A stretch of 64,000 nucleotides of DNA from Candidatus Eiseniibacteriota bacterium. GTDB lineage: Bacteria; Joyebacterota; Joyebacteria; Joyebacterales; Joyebacteraceae. Where the stretch lies: assembly GCA_043815815.1 (NCBI GenBank), contig JBDRIO010000006.1, forward strand, positions 24,583 through 88,582, read 5' to 3'. Both the position numbers and the translations under genes were made by a program. Of this stretch, positions 29,275-39,285 are shown one piece after another. The notes beneath the pieces were generated by a model. That model was not told the origin of the DNA and made no database searches. It saw nothing but the letters and a program-made list of their open reading frames with translations. Positions within the stretch are counted from its first letter, which is position 1; each line of letters begins with the position of its first letter.

Positions 29275-30315
29275 TCAACCGAACAGGGGTTTGAGGACGC
29301 GCTCCGTCAGGAGCTCGAGGATCGCGGTGCGGTCGGCGTTGACGGCGACGCGCACGGGCCGTCGGGCGTCCGCGGCCTCGACGGAGCGTCCGCGCTCCGG
29401 GCCGTCGGTCGTGACGCGCAGAGGCGTCTCGACTGTCCCCAGGAGGCCGGGGGCTATCGCGGACGCGAGGGCGACGGGGTCGTGCATGTACCCGGCGTCG
29501 AGCCCGGACTCGACGAACTGGAACCGGATGTAGTGGTCGAGCGCGCGTGCGACGGCGACGCGGAGAAGGTCGTCGGGAGAGACGTGCACCCCGGGCGCCG
29601 ACCCGCGTTCGCCGTCGGACTCGCCGCCGGCACGAGGCTCGGCGGTGAGATCCAGGGCGAGAGCGAGGGCGTCGCGCCACCCCGGCATCTCCTCCAGCCG
29701 CTCGCGCGACAGTTCCACCGCCGTGGTGGCGTCCAGGGGCACGACGGTCACGTCGAGCCCCGCACGGAGCACGATGTCGGCCGCCTCTGGGTCTACGTAG
29801 AAGTTGAACTCGGCGTGCGGGCCGGTGTTGCCGGCGACGCGAAGCGCTCCGCCCATCACGACGATGCGCCGGAAGCGGGCGAGAGATCCAGGGTCACGGG
29901 CGAGCGCCATCGCGAGGTTCGTGAGCGGTCCCGTTGCCATGAGCGTGACGTTCCCGGGATCCGCTCTCGCCGTCTCGATGAGCACATCGTGCGCCGGCGT
30001 GTCGGTCGGGATCAGCGCAGGCTGGGGCAGGCTTCCCGGAGCTCCGCCCAGTCCGTCCTCTCCGTGCACTTCCGGAGCCGTCGTGAGCGGCCTGCGGAGC
30101 GGAGCGGCGGCGCCCGCGGCCACGGGGGGAGGAGAGCCGGGCCACGCCAGCTCGGCCAGGAGCAGGACGTTCCTCGTGCATTCGGCGACGCCCGCGTTGC
30201 CGGCCACCGTCGTCATCGCCGCGACGTCCAGCTCCGGCGAGCGCGCCGCCAGCAGGACGGCGAGGGCGTCGTCCACCCCCGTGTCGGTGTCGATGACGGT
30301 ACGCACGGGGATCAT
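29275..30315 (-). CDS. Nucleoside hydrolase (inosine-uridine preferring, IUNH family)
   Basis: ATG at 30315 lies within track ORF 29275..30621. N-terminal VIDTDTGVDDALAVLLA aspartate cluster. Confidence 0.88.
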   Translation of the reverse strand: MIPVRTVIDTDTGVDDALAVLLAARSPELDVAAMTTVAGNAGVAECTRNVLLLAELAWPGSPPPVAAGAAAPLRRPLTTAPEVHGEDGLGGAPGSLPQPALIPTDTPAHDVLIETARADPGNVTLMATGPLTNLAMALARDPGSLARFRRIVVMGGALRVAGNTGPHAEFNFYVDPEAADIVLRAGLDVTVVPLDATTAVELSRERLEEMPGWRDALALALDLTAEPRAGGESDGERGSAPGVHVSPDDLLRVAVARALDHYIRFQFVESGLDAGYMHDPVALASAIAPGLLGTVETPLRVTTDGPERGRSVEAADARRPVRVAVNADRTAILELLTERVLKPLFG

Positions 30316-31148
30316 TCGAGGAATCCGCGCCACCGGAGCGTCGGGGCGAACCCGAGGATCCTCGACGCCTCTCTGGTGGAGATGAGGCTGCCGTATTCGG
30401 AGATGCCGGACCTCACGGTCACCTGCGGATAGAACTTCTCGACGAGCTTCCGCGTCGCGAAGATGGTGCCGTTGTCCTCGGCGGCCACGAAGACCGGGTA
30501 GTGCGCGGGCGCGAGATCGCGCTCGACGGCCAGCTTGACGGCGGCGGCCAGGTCGTCGCCGTGGATGTAGGCCCACAGGCCGCCCGCCCAACCCTCGGGA
30601 TCGTGTGTCAGGCGGCGACACTGAGCGTACTCCTCGGGAACCCAGACCCAGGGCGGTCTCAGGCTCACCACGACCGAATCGGGCGGGCGATCCTCCGAGA
30701 GAGACTGCTCCGCGACGAGCTTGCTGCGGCCGTAGGCGTCCGTCGGGGTGAGCTTGTGGTCCTCATCGACGGGGAAGTACCTCGGCTTGACGCCTCCCTG
30801 TCCGAACACGAAGCCGAGCACCGCTTCGCTCGACACGTTGACGAACCGCCTGATCCCCGCGGCGAACGCCGCCGCGGCCACCCTGCGCGTCCCCTCGGTG
30901 TTCGTCATGTAGATGTCGTCGAGGCTCCCGAACATCGGTCCCGGGATGGCGGCCGTGTGGACGACGGCGTCGACACTGCGCATCGCCGCCCTGACCGATT
31001 CCGCGTCCAGGATGTCGCCCGACACGTGCCCGGACGGGCCCTCGGGGGGCTCCCTGAGGTCCAGGTTGAGAACATCGTGATCCGATGAGAGGAGCGCGAC
31101 CACTCTCCGCCCGACGTGCCCGCTGCCACCCGTGATCAGAATCCGCAT
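30312..31148 (-). CDS. NAD-dependent epimerase/dehydratase family protein (SDR)
   Basis: MRILITGGSGHVGRRV Rossmann motif and YGRSK catalytic motif. The stop overlaps the downstream start (ATGA). Confidence 0.85.
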   Translation of the reverse strand: MRILITGGSGHVGRRVVALLSSDHDVLNLDLREPPEGPSGHVSGDILDAESVRAAMRSVDAVVHTAAIPGPMFGSLDDIYMTNTEGTRRVAAAAFAAGIRRFVNVSSEAVLGFVFGQGGVKPRYFPVDEDHKLTPTDAYGRSKLVAEQSLSEDRPPDSVVVSLRPPWVWVPEEYAQCRRLTHDPEGWAGGLWAYIHGDDLAAAVKLAVERDLAPAHYPVFVAAEDNGTIFATRKLVEKFYPQVTVRSGISEYGSLISTREASRILGFAPTLRWRGFLE

Positions 31149-31166
31149 CGCGTCTCCGGCTCCCGG

Positions 31167-31577
31167 CTACTCACCGATCATCTGCACGACGATCTCTCTC
31201 GTCCTTCCCCTCTCGTCGAAGTCGACGAGGACCACCTGCTGCCACGTACCGAGCGTCAGCTCCCGGTCCACGAACGGGACCGAGAGACTCGGCCCGAGCA
31301 GGGCCGCCCTCACGTGGCTGTGCCCGTTGTGGTCTCCCCACCTCAGGTGGTGCTTCCAGTCGCGGCCCCGGGGGGCCATCTCCTCGAAGACGTCCTGAAG
31401 ATCGCTCACCGCCCCGGGCTCGAACTCTATCGTAGTGATGCCGGCCGTCGAGCCGCCGATGAACAGCGTGGCGACGCCGTCCAGAAGACCGCTCTCTCTG
31501 ACGGCCATGGCGAGGTCCGCCGTCACGTCGACGGTGTCGCCGTTCCCTTTGGTCCCGCATGTCAGGGTCGCAGTCAT
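31167..31577 (-). CDS. YjbQ/UPF0047 family protein (secondary thiamine-phosphate synthase-like)
   Basis: HHLRWGDHNGHSHVRAALLGPSLSVPF and LGTWQQVVLVDFD. ATG 31577 lies within track ORF 31167..31742. Confidence 0.8.
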   Translation of the reverse strand: MTATLTCGTKGNGDTVDVTADLAMAVRESGLLDGVATLFIGGSTAGITTIEFEPGAVSDLQDVFEEMAPRGRDWKHHLRWGDHNGHSHVRAALLGPSLSVPFVDRELTLGTWQQVVLVDFDERGRTREIVVQMIGE

Positions 31578-31740
31578 CACCGGCAAGACGCAATCTCCCG
31601 GGCAGTTCCCGTTTCTCCACGTGGAGGATAGAGCGTACAATCCCCCGGCGGGCCTGTCGAGGGCGACGCGCCGGCGAAGATGCTGAATCTCCTTCGGGAA
31701 AATGCTATTCTCGTGGTAACCCGGTGAGGAGCCTCGCGCC

Positions 31741-32493
31741 ATGAGTTATGAAGACACCGCTCAGTACTACGACAGCTTCGACACGAAGGGGAATCTGCCC
31801 TTCTACATGGACCTCGCCGCGCGGACCGGGGGCAACGTCCTCGAGCTCGGCGTGGGTACCGGGCGCGTCCTGCTCGAGATCGCCAATCTGGGGCGCGAGG
31901 TCGTCGGGGTGGACAACTCCGTCGCCATGCTCCGGGAGGCGAAGAGGAAGCGGCGGGAACTCTACCACGGTGTGAGCGGCCGCTGCCGGCTCCTGCTCGC
32001 GGACATGCTGTCGCTCGACCTCGCTGAGACGTTCGGGCTCGTGTACGCGGCGTCCGGCGGCGTGCAGAGCGGGAGCGTGGACGACCTCCGGGGCATCTTC
32101 CACTCGGCCGCCCGCCATCTCGACGGATCCGGCGTGTTCGCGTTCGACGTGGCGTCGCCCTCATCTCTGCGTCAGACGAAGGCCTTTCCGCCTGAACGCA
32201 GAGAGCTTCCGGGAGGACGGGTCGTCATCCGGTTCGTGGCGCAGACCTACGACGAGGCGACGGACACGGTGTCCTACGACCTCATCTTCAAGGAACACAT
32301 CCCCGGCAGGACCTCAACGGTGACGGTCACCGCTGGCGACGAAGGCGCCGTCGTGACCATGGAGGCCATCGAGGACGCTCTCGACTACGCGCGGCTCGAG
32401 GCCAGAGAGATCTACGGCGACTTCGAGCGAAGCCCGTACGACGACGCGAGCAAGCACATAGTCGTCGTTGCGGGACTCCTGAACGCTCCCTGA
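31741..32493 (+). CDS. Class I SAM-dependent methyltransferase
   Basis: Motif I VLELGVGTGRV and post-I VVGVDNS. Confidence 0.8.
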   Translation: MSYEDTAQYYDSFDTKGNLPFYMDLAARTGGNVLELGVGTGRVLLEIANLGREVVGVDNSVAMLREAKRKRRELYHGVSGRCRLLLADMLSLDLAETFGLVYAASGGVQSGSVDDLRGIFHSAARHLDGSGVFAFDVASPSSLRQTKAFPPERRELPGGRVVIRFVAQTYDEATDTVSYDLIFKEHIPGRTSTVTVTAGDEGAVVTMEAIEDALDYARLEAREIYGDFERSPYDDASKHIVVVAGLLNAP

Positions 32494-32540
32494 TCCCCCC
32501 TCCCGGTCCTCGAGCGAAGCGGCACGGACGGAGGCTGGCA

Positions 32541-35500
32541 ATGAGACAGATCGGGTTCGGCCTGATCCACGTTACGTTCGCGCTCTTCCTGATCTTGTTC
32601 GTCCCGCCGGCGGTCGCATTCGCGCAGGCGCCTGATGCTCTTCTGACGCGCGCGGAGCTCAACGACAGGATAGAAGCGCAGAGGATCGAGGGCGACTACG
32701 CCGCGTCCGCGTCCACCGCGCTCGAGCTTCTCGAACTCACGAGGGGTGACACGCTCGCGCAGCGGTTCGAGATCGAGGACGCCGAGCGCCTGAGCGAGAC
32801 GCTCCACCTGGCCGCCGGCCTTCCCGATGGCGAGAGAGCGAGGCTCGCCACGGCCGACAGTCTCGCTCACGAGGGGGAGCTCATGTGGGAGGCGGGCCGG
32901 TTCTCGGACGGGATCGGGATCCTCAAGAGAGAACTCGAGCTGCGCAGGGGCGTCCTCGGGGACGAGCACTCGGAGGTGGCGACCAGCCTCAACAACCTCG
33001 CCGCGCTCATGGCGAGGCAGGGAGACCTGGCGGGCGCGGAGGTGCTCTATCTGGAGGCGCTCGAGCTCAAGCGGAAGGTGCTCGGCGAGGCGCACCCGGA
33101 GGTCGCCCTGTCGCTCAACAACGCCGCGTCGCTCAGACACGCAGAGGGCGACTACGAGACGGCGGAGGCGCTCCTCCGGGAGGCCGTGGAGCTTCTCACC
33201 GCAGCGTTCGGGGAGGAGGATCCGCTCGCAGCGGCCACCCTGCTGAATCTCGCCGGAGTCATGAGGTCTCGGGGGAACTACGCGGATGCGGAGCCGCTCT
33301 ACCGGAAGGTGCTCGCGGTTCGCAGGAGAGTCCTCGGCGGCGACCACCCTCAGGTGGCCGAGGCCATGAACGCCCTCGCGAGCGTCCTCAAGGCGCGGGG
33401 CGACTACAGCGGAGCGGAGCCCCTCTACCGGGAGGCGTTCGCCATCCGCCGCAGGCACCTCGGGGAGTCGCATCCCGCGACGGCTCAGAGCCTCAACAAC
33501 CTCGCCGCCTTCCTGTACGCGCAGGGGAGCTACGGCGAGTCGGAGCCGCTCTTCCGCGAGGCGCTCGAAATCCGGAAGCGTTCGCTCGGGGCCAACCATC
33601 CGGAGGTCGCCCAGAGTCTCAACAACCTCGCCGCGGCGCTGTACGCCCAGGACAACTACGCCGCCGCGGAGCCCCTGTACGAGCAGGCGCTCGAGATGCG
33701 GCGCGAGCTCCTCGGGGCCGGACACCCGAGCTATGCGTCGAGCCTGTACAACCTCGGCGTCCTTCAGAAGGCGAAGGGCGACTACGAGGCGGCGCGCGGG
33801 ACGCTCCGCGAGTCGCTCGAACGGAGGCGCGTCCTCCTCGGCGACGAGCATCCGGAGACGGCAACGAGCCTCTACAATCTGGGCGAGGTGAACTACTTCA
33901 TGGGCAGGTACGCCCGGGCGGACTCCATGTACCGCGAATCGCTGGCCGTGAGGCGGCTCGCGCTCGGCAACGAGCACCCGCACGTTGCGGTCACGCTTCA
34001 CCGGATGGGCGTCTCTCTCAAGGTCGGCGGAGACTACGCGGCGGCCGAACCGGTGCTCGAGGAGGCGTGTCTCGCCTACGACGCGGCCAGACTTCGCGCG
34101 GGAGCGGGCGTGTCGAAGGCCACGTTCCTGAAGAGCCCCTACGCCGACCTCGCGGAGACGAAGCTCGCCCTCGGTAAGATGGAGGAGGCCTGGCCACCCG
34201 CCGAGAGGTTCCTGGCGCGGACGCTCACGGACCTCCTTATCACGGCGTCGGTTCGGGACCTCACGGACGCCGAACTCGCGCGCGAGGACTCGCTGGAGAC
34301 GCGGCTCGCCGGCCGCGAGCGCGACCTGTCGGGGTATCGCATGGCGGCGCGGTCGGACGAAACGGGAGAGGCCGCGGCGCTCGTCGTCGGGGCGCGGACC
34401 GCGTTGCTCGAAGCCGAGGCCGATTGGAGCGCGTTCCAGCGCGAGATGTCGGACAGGTATCCGGTGTCAGAGGGGCGGGAGGCCACGCTCGCCGACGTTC
34501 AGAGAACGCTCGGCGAGAGCGCCGCCATCATCGGGTGGCTCGACGCCGAGGCAGGCGCCGAAGCGTACGAGTCGTGGGGCTACGTGATCCGCCGGGAGGG
34601 ACCGGTCTTCTGGGCGCATCTGGGTCGGTCGGGGGTCGGCCCGGTCGCGTCGGTCTACGAGTCGTTCCGGGCGCTCGGCGAGGCCCTGTCCGACCCCGAG
34701 TCGACGGAGTTGGGCGTCAGGATCGACGCGGCAGGTCTGTGGAGTGCGCGGATGGCCCCCCTTGTTCCCGCGCTCGAAGGCGTGCGGGATCTCATCGTAG
34801 TGCCTTCGGGGGCCACGCTCGGGGTCCCCGTCGAGACGCTGGTGGCGGGGGACGGGGCGCTCCTCGGGGAGCGTTTCGCCGTGTCCTACGTGCCGTCGTC
34901 TACGCTCTATGCGTGGTTGACCACACGCGCGGCGAGGGCCGGGTCGGGCAAGGGGTCCCTCCTCCTCGGGGACCCGCCGTTCTGCGCCTCCCACCTTGCC
35001 GAGATGCCGCCGGCCGATGCGGCGGTGAGCGCGGAGAACTCCCCCGATGGCGACAGCGGGAGCATCGACGCCGACGGTCTCGTGTCGGACGCCGAGGCGC
35101 GTGATGAGAAGGCGGTCGCGCCGGAGGCGATCGGACCGCTGGCCGTCCTTCCGCGGCTACCCGGCACGCGCGACGAGGTGCTGGCGCTTCAGGGTGTCAT
35201 CGACGGCCCCGTCGTGCTCCTTGGGCCGGACGCATCGGAGGAGGCCCTCGTGGAGTTCGCGGAGTCCGGCCGCATGTCGGACTTCGATATCCTCCACCTC
35301 GCCACACACGCGCACGTCGACGACCGCGTCCCCGGACGCTCCGCCCTCGTTCTCTCGCAGGTCGGTCTTCCGGATCCGATCGCGGCCGTCACCTCCGGCG
35401 ACCGCGTGTTCGACGGGATCCTGACGGCGCGCGAGATCGTGAGTGAGTGGGACCTCGGGGCCGACCTCGTCACTCTGTCGGCGTGCGAGACCGCCCTCGG

Positions 35501-35861
35501 ACGCGAGGTCGGCGGGGAGGGCTACATCGGGCTCGCGCATGCCTTCCTGCAGGCCGGGGCCCGGAGCCTCCTGGTCAGTCTCTGGAAGGTCGAGGACCGC
35601 GCGACGTCCCTTCTCATGACACGCTTCTACGAGAACCTCACGGGCAGAGGGAGCGGCGCCGGCGCTGCCGGCGACGCCGGCACTGTGGGAGGCGTCGCCC
35701 TGGACGGCGCCACCGCGGACGGCGCGGCGCCGATGCCCAAGGCCGAGGCGCTCAGGGAGGCGAAGCTCTGGCTTCGCGAGTACACCGACGAGGCGGGCGC
35801 CAGACCGTATCACCATCCGTTCTTCTGGTCGGCGTTCGTGCTGATGGGAGACAGGTCGTAG
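32541..35861 (+). CDS. Secreted TPR-repeat + CHAT (caspase-like protease) domain protein, paralog 1
   Basis: 1106 aa. Hydrophobic N-terminus LIHVTFALFLILFVPPAVAFAQA. About 10 kinesin-light-chain-type TPR units (AEPLYREAL.IRRR.LG..HP.VA.SLNNLA). C-terminal CHAT domain with ILHLATHAHVD (His) and LVTLSACETALG (Cys). Confidence 0.85.
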   Translation: MRQIGFGLIHVTFALFLILFVPPAVAFAQAPDALLTRAELNDRIEAQRIEGDYAASASTALELLELTRGDTLAQRFEIEDAERLSETLHLAAGLPDGERARLATADSLAHEGELMWEAGRFSDGIGILKRELELRRGVLGDEHSEVATSLNNLAALMARQGDLAGAEVLYLEALELKRKVLGEAHPEVALSLNNAASLRHAEGDYETAEALLREAVELLTAAFGEEDPLAAATLLNLAGVMRSRGNYADAEPLYRKVLAVRRRVLGGDHPQVAEAMNALASVLKARGDYSGAEPLYREAFAIRRRHLGESHPATAQSLNNLAAFLYAQGSYGESEPLFREALEIRKRSLGANHPEVAQSLNNLAAALYAQDNYAAAEPLYEQALEMRRELLGAGHPSYASSLYNLGVLQKAKGDYEAARGTLRESLERRRVLLGDEHPETATSLYNLGEVNYFMGRYARADSMYRESLAVRRLALGNEHPHVAVTLHRMGVSLKVGGDYAAAEPVLEEACLAYDAARLRAGAGVSKATFLKSPYADLAETKLALGKMEEAWPPAERFLARTLTDLLITASVRDLTDAELAREDSLETRLAGRERDLSGYRMAARSDETGEAAALVVGARTALLEAEADWSAFQREMSDRYPVSEGREATLADVQRTLGESAAIIGWLDAEAGAEAYESWGYVIRREGPVFWAHLGRSGVGPVASVYESFRALGEALSDPESTELGVRIDAAGLWSARMAPLVPALEGVRDLIVVPSGATLGVPVETLVAGDGALLGERFAVSYVPSSTLYAWLTTRAARAGSGKGSLLLGDPPFCASHLAEMPPADAAVSAENSPDGDSGSIDADGLVSDAEARDEKAVAPEAIGPLAVLPRLPGTRDEVLALQGVIDGPVVLLGPDASEEALVEFAESGRMSDFDILHLATHAHVDDRVPGRSALVLSQVGLPDPIAAVTSGDRVFDGILTAREIVSEWDLGADLVTLSACETALGREVGGEGYIGLAHAFLQAGARSLLVSLWKVEDRATSLLMTRFYENLTGRGSGAGAAGDAGTVGGVALDGATADGAAPMPKAEALREAKLWLREYTDEAGARPYHHPFFWSAFVLMGDRS

Positions 35862-35907
35862 CGCGTCCCATCGGGTCACCGCCGCACATCGAAAGAGGGC
35901 CAGCCAC

Positions 35908-38900
35908 ATGAGATCACTGAGACTCGGGACGGTCGTCGTCGTTGCTGCGCTTTCGTTGTGCGCGTTCGGGGCGACTCACTGCCGCGCGCAGGACGACGAT
36001 CCGACCGCGGCGCTCTACGACCGGATACTCGAGCTGCGTCTGTCCGGCAACTACATCGAGGCGGCCGCGGCGGCGGGGGAGCTGCTCGAGCTGATGCGGC
36101 AGGACACGAACGCGCCGGCGCTGGACGTGGAGGACGCCTCGCTCCTGACCGATGCTCTGCAGTTCGCGGCCGGGCTCCCCGAGGAGGCGCGCCTGGAACT
36201 TGCCCGGGCCGACAGCCTCGGTCTCGCCATGGAGGAGTTCTGGGGCCAGGGGCTCTACGCCGAGGGCGCCGAGGCCGCCGCGGGGCGCCTCGCGATCTAC
36301 CGCAGGCACTTCGGCGACCGGCACCTCTCGACGGCGACCGCCACGGACGAGCTCGCGTCGCTTCTCCAGTACCAGGGCGAGTACGAACGGGCCGAGCCGC
36401 TCTTCCTCGAGGCGCTGGACGTCAGACGGGAGACGCTCGGAGAGAGACACACGTACGTAGGGGCGAGTCTCAACAACCTCGGGATGCTCTATCAGTCGAC
36501 GGGCGACCTCGAGTCCGCCCGCACGCACATCACGGACGCGCGTTCCATCCTGGAGGAGTCCCTGGGCGAGAACGACCTGAACGTGGCCGCGATCACCGCC
36601 AACCTTGGCATGCTTCTCCAGTATCTGGGCGACTTCGACGGCGCCGAACGGCATCTGCGAAAGGCGCTGACGGTGAGGCGAGACGTTCTCGGCGACGAGA
36701 CCCCCGAGGTCGCGTCAAGTCTGAACAGCCTGGCCAGCCTCTATTACGCGCAGACCGACTACGCCGCGGCCGAGCCGTTCCTCCGGCGTTCGACGGCCAT
36801 ATGGCAGGAGATACTGGGTGACGCGCACCCGCACGTTGCCCTGTCCCTGAGCAACACCGGCGCGCTTCTGAACGCGCGGGGGGAGTACGCGGAGGCGGAG
36901 GCCTTCCACCGTCAGGCGGTCGCGATCTACCGCGCCACGCTGGGCGATGAGCATCCGGACCTCGCGCACGCGCTTCACAACCTCGCGCACGCCCTGGAGA
37001 GCGAGGGCGACTACGCTTCCGCGGAGCCTCTCTTCCGCGAAGCGCTGACGATCCGCCGGGCGGCCCTCGGAGAGTCTCATCCAGACGTGGCGGTCAGCCT
37101 GAACGCGCTGGCGCACGCGCTCCAGGCGGCCGGCAGGTACGACGAGGCCGAGCCGCTCTACCGGGAGGCGCTCGCGATGCACCGGGAGCTCCTGGGCGAG
37201 GAGCACCTGGAGTCCTCGACCGACCTGTCGAACCTCGCGTCTCTCCTGGAGGACTCCGGGCGGCTGGACGAGGCGCTCGAGCTGTACGAGGAGGCCCTCG
37301 ACATACGAACGCGGTCCCTGGGCTCTCAGAGCGGAGCTGTGGCCCACAACCTGAGCAGCATCGGCCACATTCAGCTGCGGGCGGGGGACACGGCCCAGGC
37401 GGAGCGGACCCTCGAGCGTGCCGCGGCGACGTTCGACGCGGCGCGTCTGCGGGCGGGCGCGGGACTGAGCAGGGCCACCACCGCCCTGAGACTCCGGCCG
37501 CCTCTCGTGGCGCTCGCGGCGTGCCGGCTCCAGCTCGGCAAGGTCGACGACGCGTGGCCCGCCGCCGAGCGGGCGCTCGGTCGGGCGCTCGCCGACCTCC
37601 TGATGGCGAGTGAGGAGCGAGCGCTGACCCCGGCCGAGGCGGCCACCGAGGACTCGCTCGAGGGCTCGCTGGCCGCGCTCGAGCAGGAACTCACGGCCTA
37701 CCTGTCCGCCGTGGCGTCCGACACCACAGGCGACACGAGAGCGCTCGTCGACGAGACCCGCGGGCGGCTTCTGCGCGCGGAGGCCGCGTGGAGCGACTTT
37801 CAGAGCCGGATGTCCGACAAGTACCCTCTCACCGAGGGACACATGTTTCCCTTGGGCCGCGTGCAGGCCGCGCTCGAGGACGGCACGGCCGTCGTCGGGT
37901 GGATCGATGTGTCCATTGCTGACGACGACAACGAGTCATGGGGATACGTCATCAGGAAGTCGGGGCCGGTGGCGTGGGCACGCTGCGAGGCCGGTTCCGG
38001 CGGCGACCGGTCGAACCAGCGTAAGTACAAGAGGTACAGAGACCAGCTCGCGTCCCCGTCGTCCTCGGGGACGGGTGTCGGCAGGGACGCCCGCGGCCTG
38101 TGGGCCGAGCGCGTCGAGCCGCTCGCGTTCGCGCTCGAAGACGTCGACGAGCTCGTCGTCCTTCCCTCCGGCATGATGCTCGGGGTTCCGGTCGAGACGT
38201 TCGTCGCGTCCGACGGCGTCCTCCTCGGTGACCGCTTCGCCGTCTCCTACGCGCCGTCCGCGACGGTCTACGCGTGGCTCGAGGAGCGGGGTGGAGGAGC
38301 CGGACGTACGACGAACATGCTGCTCCTGGGCGATCCTCCGTTCACCGACGCCGACCTCGCGGCCATGGAGGCCGAGGTCGACCGCCCGGCCGGCGGCGCC
38401 ACGAGAAGCGCCGGAACGGAGAGGGCCTCGGTCGACGGCCTCCCCAGGCTCCCGGGATCGAGGGACGAGGTCGCCTCGCTGTCGACGCTCTCGCAGAACG
38501 CGACCGTGCTACTCGGGCCGGACGCCACTGAGCAGGAGCTCGTGAGGCTCGGCGCCGAGGGCTCCCTCGGCGAGTTCGGCATCATCCATCTAGCGACGCA
38601 CGCGATGGTCGACGACGAGCGCCCGGACCGGTCGGCGCTCGTGCTGTCGCAGGTCGGTCTCCCGGATCCTCTTGAGTCGGCGCTAGCCGGGGAGCGCATC
38701 TACGACGGCCTGTTGACGGCGGGCGAGATCGTTCGCGAGTGGGACCTGGAGTGCGACCTGGTGACGCTCTCAGCCTGTGAAACGGGGCTCGGACGGGAGG
38801 TCGTGGGGGAGGGATACATCGGATTCGCCCACGCGTTCTTCCAGGCGGGAGCCCGCAGTCTCCTGGTGAGCCTGTGGAAGGTCGAGGACACGGCCACGTC

Positions 38901-39105
38901 GCTCCTGATGCGCCGCTTCTACGAGAACGTCTTCGGAAGCTACGAGGGGGCGCGCGCGGGACGGTCCGGCTCGCCGATGAGCAAGGCGGAAGCGCTTCGC
39001 GAGGCGAAGGCGTGGCTCCGGAGCTACAGCGAGGAGGACGGCTACGAGCCCTACGCTCATCCGTACTACTGGTCCGCCTTCGTTCTCATCGGGGACAGGG
39101 GTTAG
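35908..39105 (+). CDS. Secreted TPR-repeat + CHAT (caspase-like protease) domain protein, paralog 2
   Basis: 1065 aa. Signal-like VVVVAALSLCAFGATHCRAQ. TPR units as in paralog 1. IIHLATHAMVDD and LVTLSACETGLG. The C-terminus YWSAFVLIGDRG matches paralog 1. Confidence 0.85.
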   Translation: MRSLRLGTVVVVAALSLCAFGATHCRAQDDDPTAALYDRILELRLSGNYIEAAAAAGELLELMRQDTNAPALDVEDASLLTDALQFAAGLPEEARLELARADSLGLAMEEFWGQGLYAEGAEAAAGRLAIYRRHFGDRHLSTATATDELASLLQYQGEYERAEPLFLEALDVRRETLGERHTYVGASLNNLGMLYQSTGDLESARTHITDARSILEESLGENDLNVAAITANLGMLLQYLGDFDGAERHLRKALTVRRDVLGDETPEVASSLNSLASLYYAQTDYAAAEPFLRRSTAIWQEILGDAHPHVALSLSNTGALLNARGEYAEAEAFHRQAVAIYRATLGDEHPDLAHALHNLAHALESEGDYASAEPLFREALTIRRAALGESHPDVAVSLNALAHALQAAGRYDEAEPLYREALAMHRELLGEEHLESSTDLSNLASLLEDSGRLDEALELYEEALDIRTRSLGSQSGAVAHNLSSIGHIQLRAGDTAQAERTLERAAATFDAARLRAGAGLSRATTALRLRPPLVALAACRLQLGKVDDAWPAAERALGRALADLLMASEERALTPAEAATEDSLEGSLAALEQELTAYLSAVASDTTGDTRALVDETRGRLLRAEAAWSDFQSRMSDKYPLTEGHMFPLGRVQAALEDGTAVVGWIDVSIADDDNESWGYVIRKSGPVAWARCEAGSGGDRSNQRKYKRYRDQLASPSSSGTGVGRDARGLWAERVEPLAFALEDVDELVVLPSGMMLGVPVETFVASDGVLLGDRFAVSYAPSATVYAWLEERGGGAGRTTNMLLLGDPPFTDADLAAMEAEVDRPAGGATRSAGTERASVDGLPRLPGSRDEVASLSTLSQNATVLLGPDATEQELVRLGAEGSLGEFGIIHLATHAMVDDERPDRSALVLSQVGLPDPLESALAGERIYDGLLTAGEIVREWDLECDLVTLSACETGLGREVVGEGYIGFAHAFFQAGARSLLVSLWKVEDTATSLLMRRFYENVFGSYEGARAGRSGSPMSKAEALREAKAWLRSYSEEDGYEPYAHPYYWSAFVLIGDRG

Positions 39106-39160
39106 CGTGTTCGTGAGGCGGCCTTCAGACGGGCGAGAACGCGAGGGCGCGAGAAGGCGC

Positions 39161-39188
39161 GAACCTCCCCCCCTCGTTGATTGTAGTT
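39161..39188 (+). promoter_or_regulatory. GAACC-N17-GTAGTT motif upstream of FecR-like paralog 1 (ECF-sigma-like promoter candidate)
   Basis: gaacc at 39161-39165 and gtagtt at 39183-39188. The same arrangement occurs at 40255-40282. Confidence 0.35.
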
Positions 39189-39285
39189 CATTCGGTTGGG
39201 GATCCCGCCGTCTTGCGGTAGTATCAGGCTCGAGCGCCACGCACATCTTGCGGAGAACCGTGCGTGCGCGGGGGAGGTAAGTCCG

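Noticed and set aside
27650-29680. 676-aa minus-strand ORF
   Set aside because: It is antisense to the secreted-protein gene and spans two terminator hairpins. Its N-terminal part is about 30% Arg. It is a shadow frame.
32412-34001. 529-aa minus-strand ORF, plus the 35914..36654 and 36715..37842 minus-strand ORFs
   Set aside because: They are antisense to the TPR-CHAT genes. The TPR repeat periodicity produces long open antisense frames.
32541-39105. Type III-E CRISPR (Craspase) locus, suggested by the TPR-CHAT proteins
   Set aside because: There is no gRAMP/Cas7-11, no other cas gene and no repeat array in the 64 kb. In addition, these CHAT proteins have export signals, unlike cytoplasmic Csx29.
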